A DNA stretch of 63,239 bases, filler included, from Basidiobolus ranarum (taxonomy: Eukaryota), in assembly GCA_040143965.1 (NCBI GenBank). It is 37 parts of 37 records of this genome, joined end to end, with 100 filler letters (N's around TTAATTAATTAA, not from the genome) between each part and the next. Parts side by side here need not be neighbours in the genome. Positions count along the whole stretch, not along the records: positions 61,635 to 63,239 come from JASJQH010004733.1; 36 more parts are not named here. One strand, written 5' to 3'. Positions 61,635 to 63,239 of the stretch are shown here, piece by piece (position 1 is the stretch's first letter; each line of letters begins with the position of its first letter). The notes beneath the pieces were generated by a model. It searched no databases and had not been told where the DNA came from. It saw only the letters and a program-made list of their open reading frames with translations. The position numbers and the translations under genes are program-made.

Positions 61635-62418
61635 ATTACCAATGCATCTTCAGATTGGAGTTTGCGGATGTCTTCATGGAATGTGCTTGAACTAGGAAGA
61701 GAAAGGGCAGTTGCACTAATTTGAAGTTGGTGGGGCTTCAGTAAGGAAGTATTTTGTTGGCCAAAGGCCTCATCCCCTTCTTTAGGCTGATATTCTGCTC
61801 TATGTGATAAGGCATCAGGCTTTCCTTGCTGGCTACCTGGTCAATATGTAATCACAAAATCAAAACTGGCAAGAAATAATGACCATCTTGCTTGACAATG
61901 GTTGAGAACTTTGGTTGTACTAAAATACTGAAGATTCTTGTGATCACAATAAACTGTGATTTTGTGATTTGCTCCATCCAAGTATTGTCACCATTGTTCA
62001 AACGCAGCAATAATTGCTAAAAGTTCCTTGTCATAGATGTCATAGTTGATTTCTGTGGCAGAGAACTTTCTTGAGTAAAAGGCAACAGGGTGCAGTAAGT
62101 TGTCATCATCAAACTGTGATAGTACTGCTCCTAGAGCAAAGTCAGATGCATCAGTTTCAACAATAAATGGCTTGTCTAGCTTGGGATGTGCCAGGATTGG
62201 TGCTGAGGTAAAAGCACTCTTTAAAGTTACAAATGCTTGTTGGCAAGATGGGTTCCAGTCAAATGGGAGTTCTTTCTTTGTGAGGTTTGTTAATGGAGCA
62301 GATATTTTGGAATAGTTCTTGACAAACCATTGGTAAAAGTTTGCAAATCCAAGGAAAGATTGGACATCTTTCACATTCTTGGGAATATCCCAAGACAGAA
62401 CAGATTCAACCTTCTTAG
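61635..62418 (-). pseudogene. Gypsy RT-connection and RNase H
   Basis: DVQSFLGFANFY, ETDASDFALGAVL, YDIYDKELLAII. Confidence 0.95.
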
Positions 62419-62967
62419 TGTCACAATAAGGAACTGAACAAGGACTGGGAACAACCACAAGAGGCTAGAAGGCAGGAGAGTACTTGGGTGTAGACCACAA
62501 GACAAGACAAGACAAGACTGGACAAGGAAGATACTTTGGCAAGAATCTTTATTGATAACTGGCATTGATCAGACTGAGGTCTGATCAAGGAATACATGGG
62601 ACTTATATAGATATTGCACGGTGAAACATAATATACTGAATAGGGAATATACTGTGGGAAGTTTGAGAGTTGGGGTGTTGGGGACTACAAGAACCAATAC
62701 AAAGAGGGTGGATGTAAGGATGATCAGGTGACCTTCCATGGAAGGTCTTGGTGGAAATACACTATGTGTGGGATGTGATGATTGGTTAGGTTTCATGGAA
62801 TGTTCCAAAGAACATGATTTCCTTATAAGGTAATCTGGATGAACTGACACCAGATTGCCGAGAAGGGATGGCACACCAGATATGATGTCATAATCTAATA
62901 ATACAGAAGCTCTATTTGTAGTGGATCAGTATGCCATGATCAGAATCATGACAGTATCCCCTTTTTT
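62419..62967 (-). mobile_element. Gypsy 3' LTR (62419-62953) and PPT AAAAAAGGGGATAC
   Basis: TGTCATG...TGTGACA; matches 30881-31436. Confidence 0.94.
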
Positions 62968-62985
62968 AGTGGTGGCTTCCATACA

Positions 62986-63237
62986 TCATAGGGCCAGTTT
63001 TTCTGGATGGGCTTCATGAAACTCCTGGCAAAGTTCCCTGAAATTGGAAAGATTTGTTGCTGGCTCCGATGATTGATCATATGTTGAGTATCCCTTCCAG
63101 TCCACTAAATATTGCAATTTACGTCAACAAATTCTGGAATCTAGAATTTTGCTAACTTCATATTCAGGGTGTTCTTCAACTTGGATTGCTGGGGGTGGGT
63201 CAATGGATTGGCCCTGGAAGGTGTTTCTTGCATGTGG
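62986..63237 (-). pseudogene. Integrase C-terminal chromodomain (chromovirus)
   Basis: [36 protein letters not shown]...EP..NL...EFH..HP, directly upstream of the PPT. Confidence 0.92.
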
Positions 63238-63239
63238 CT

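Overview
This is not a contiguous locus. It is 37 unrelated short contigs (1619 down to 1605 bp, sorted by length) joined by 36 identical artificial 100-nt linkers (44 N + TTAATTAATTAA + 44 N), so adjacency across a linker means nothing. The source is a eukaryote with short GT-AG introns, most likely a repeat-rich early-diverging fungus (inference). About 30 contigs are CpG-depleted, nested transposon debris. They include at least three Ty1/Copia families sharing a Ty5-type half-tRNA(iMet) primer site, a chromodomain Ty3/Gypsy family, a CCC-type CMC/EnSpm DNA transposon reconstructable as two divergent ORFs inside 13-bp TIRs, an IS5-like PIF/Harbinger-ISL2EU element and two MITEs. CpG-retaining contigs carry host genes: ING-family PHD protein, omega-class GST, ARL8, NOG1, cytosolic Hsp70, a secreted Gly/Asp/Tyr repeat protein, a bacterial-like alpha/beta hydrolase and tRNA-Arg(CCT). 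The most unusual signals are an LTR-like family with a 73-nt tRNA-like cloverleaf 26 bp inside its TGTTG terminus (3 insertions), a multi-copy decayed gene with a 38-aa KR-containing tandem repeat, and a mitochondrial nad5 fragment. All identifications are by eye from motifs; no searches were run.
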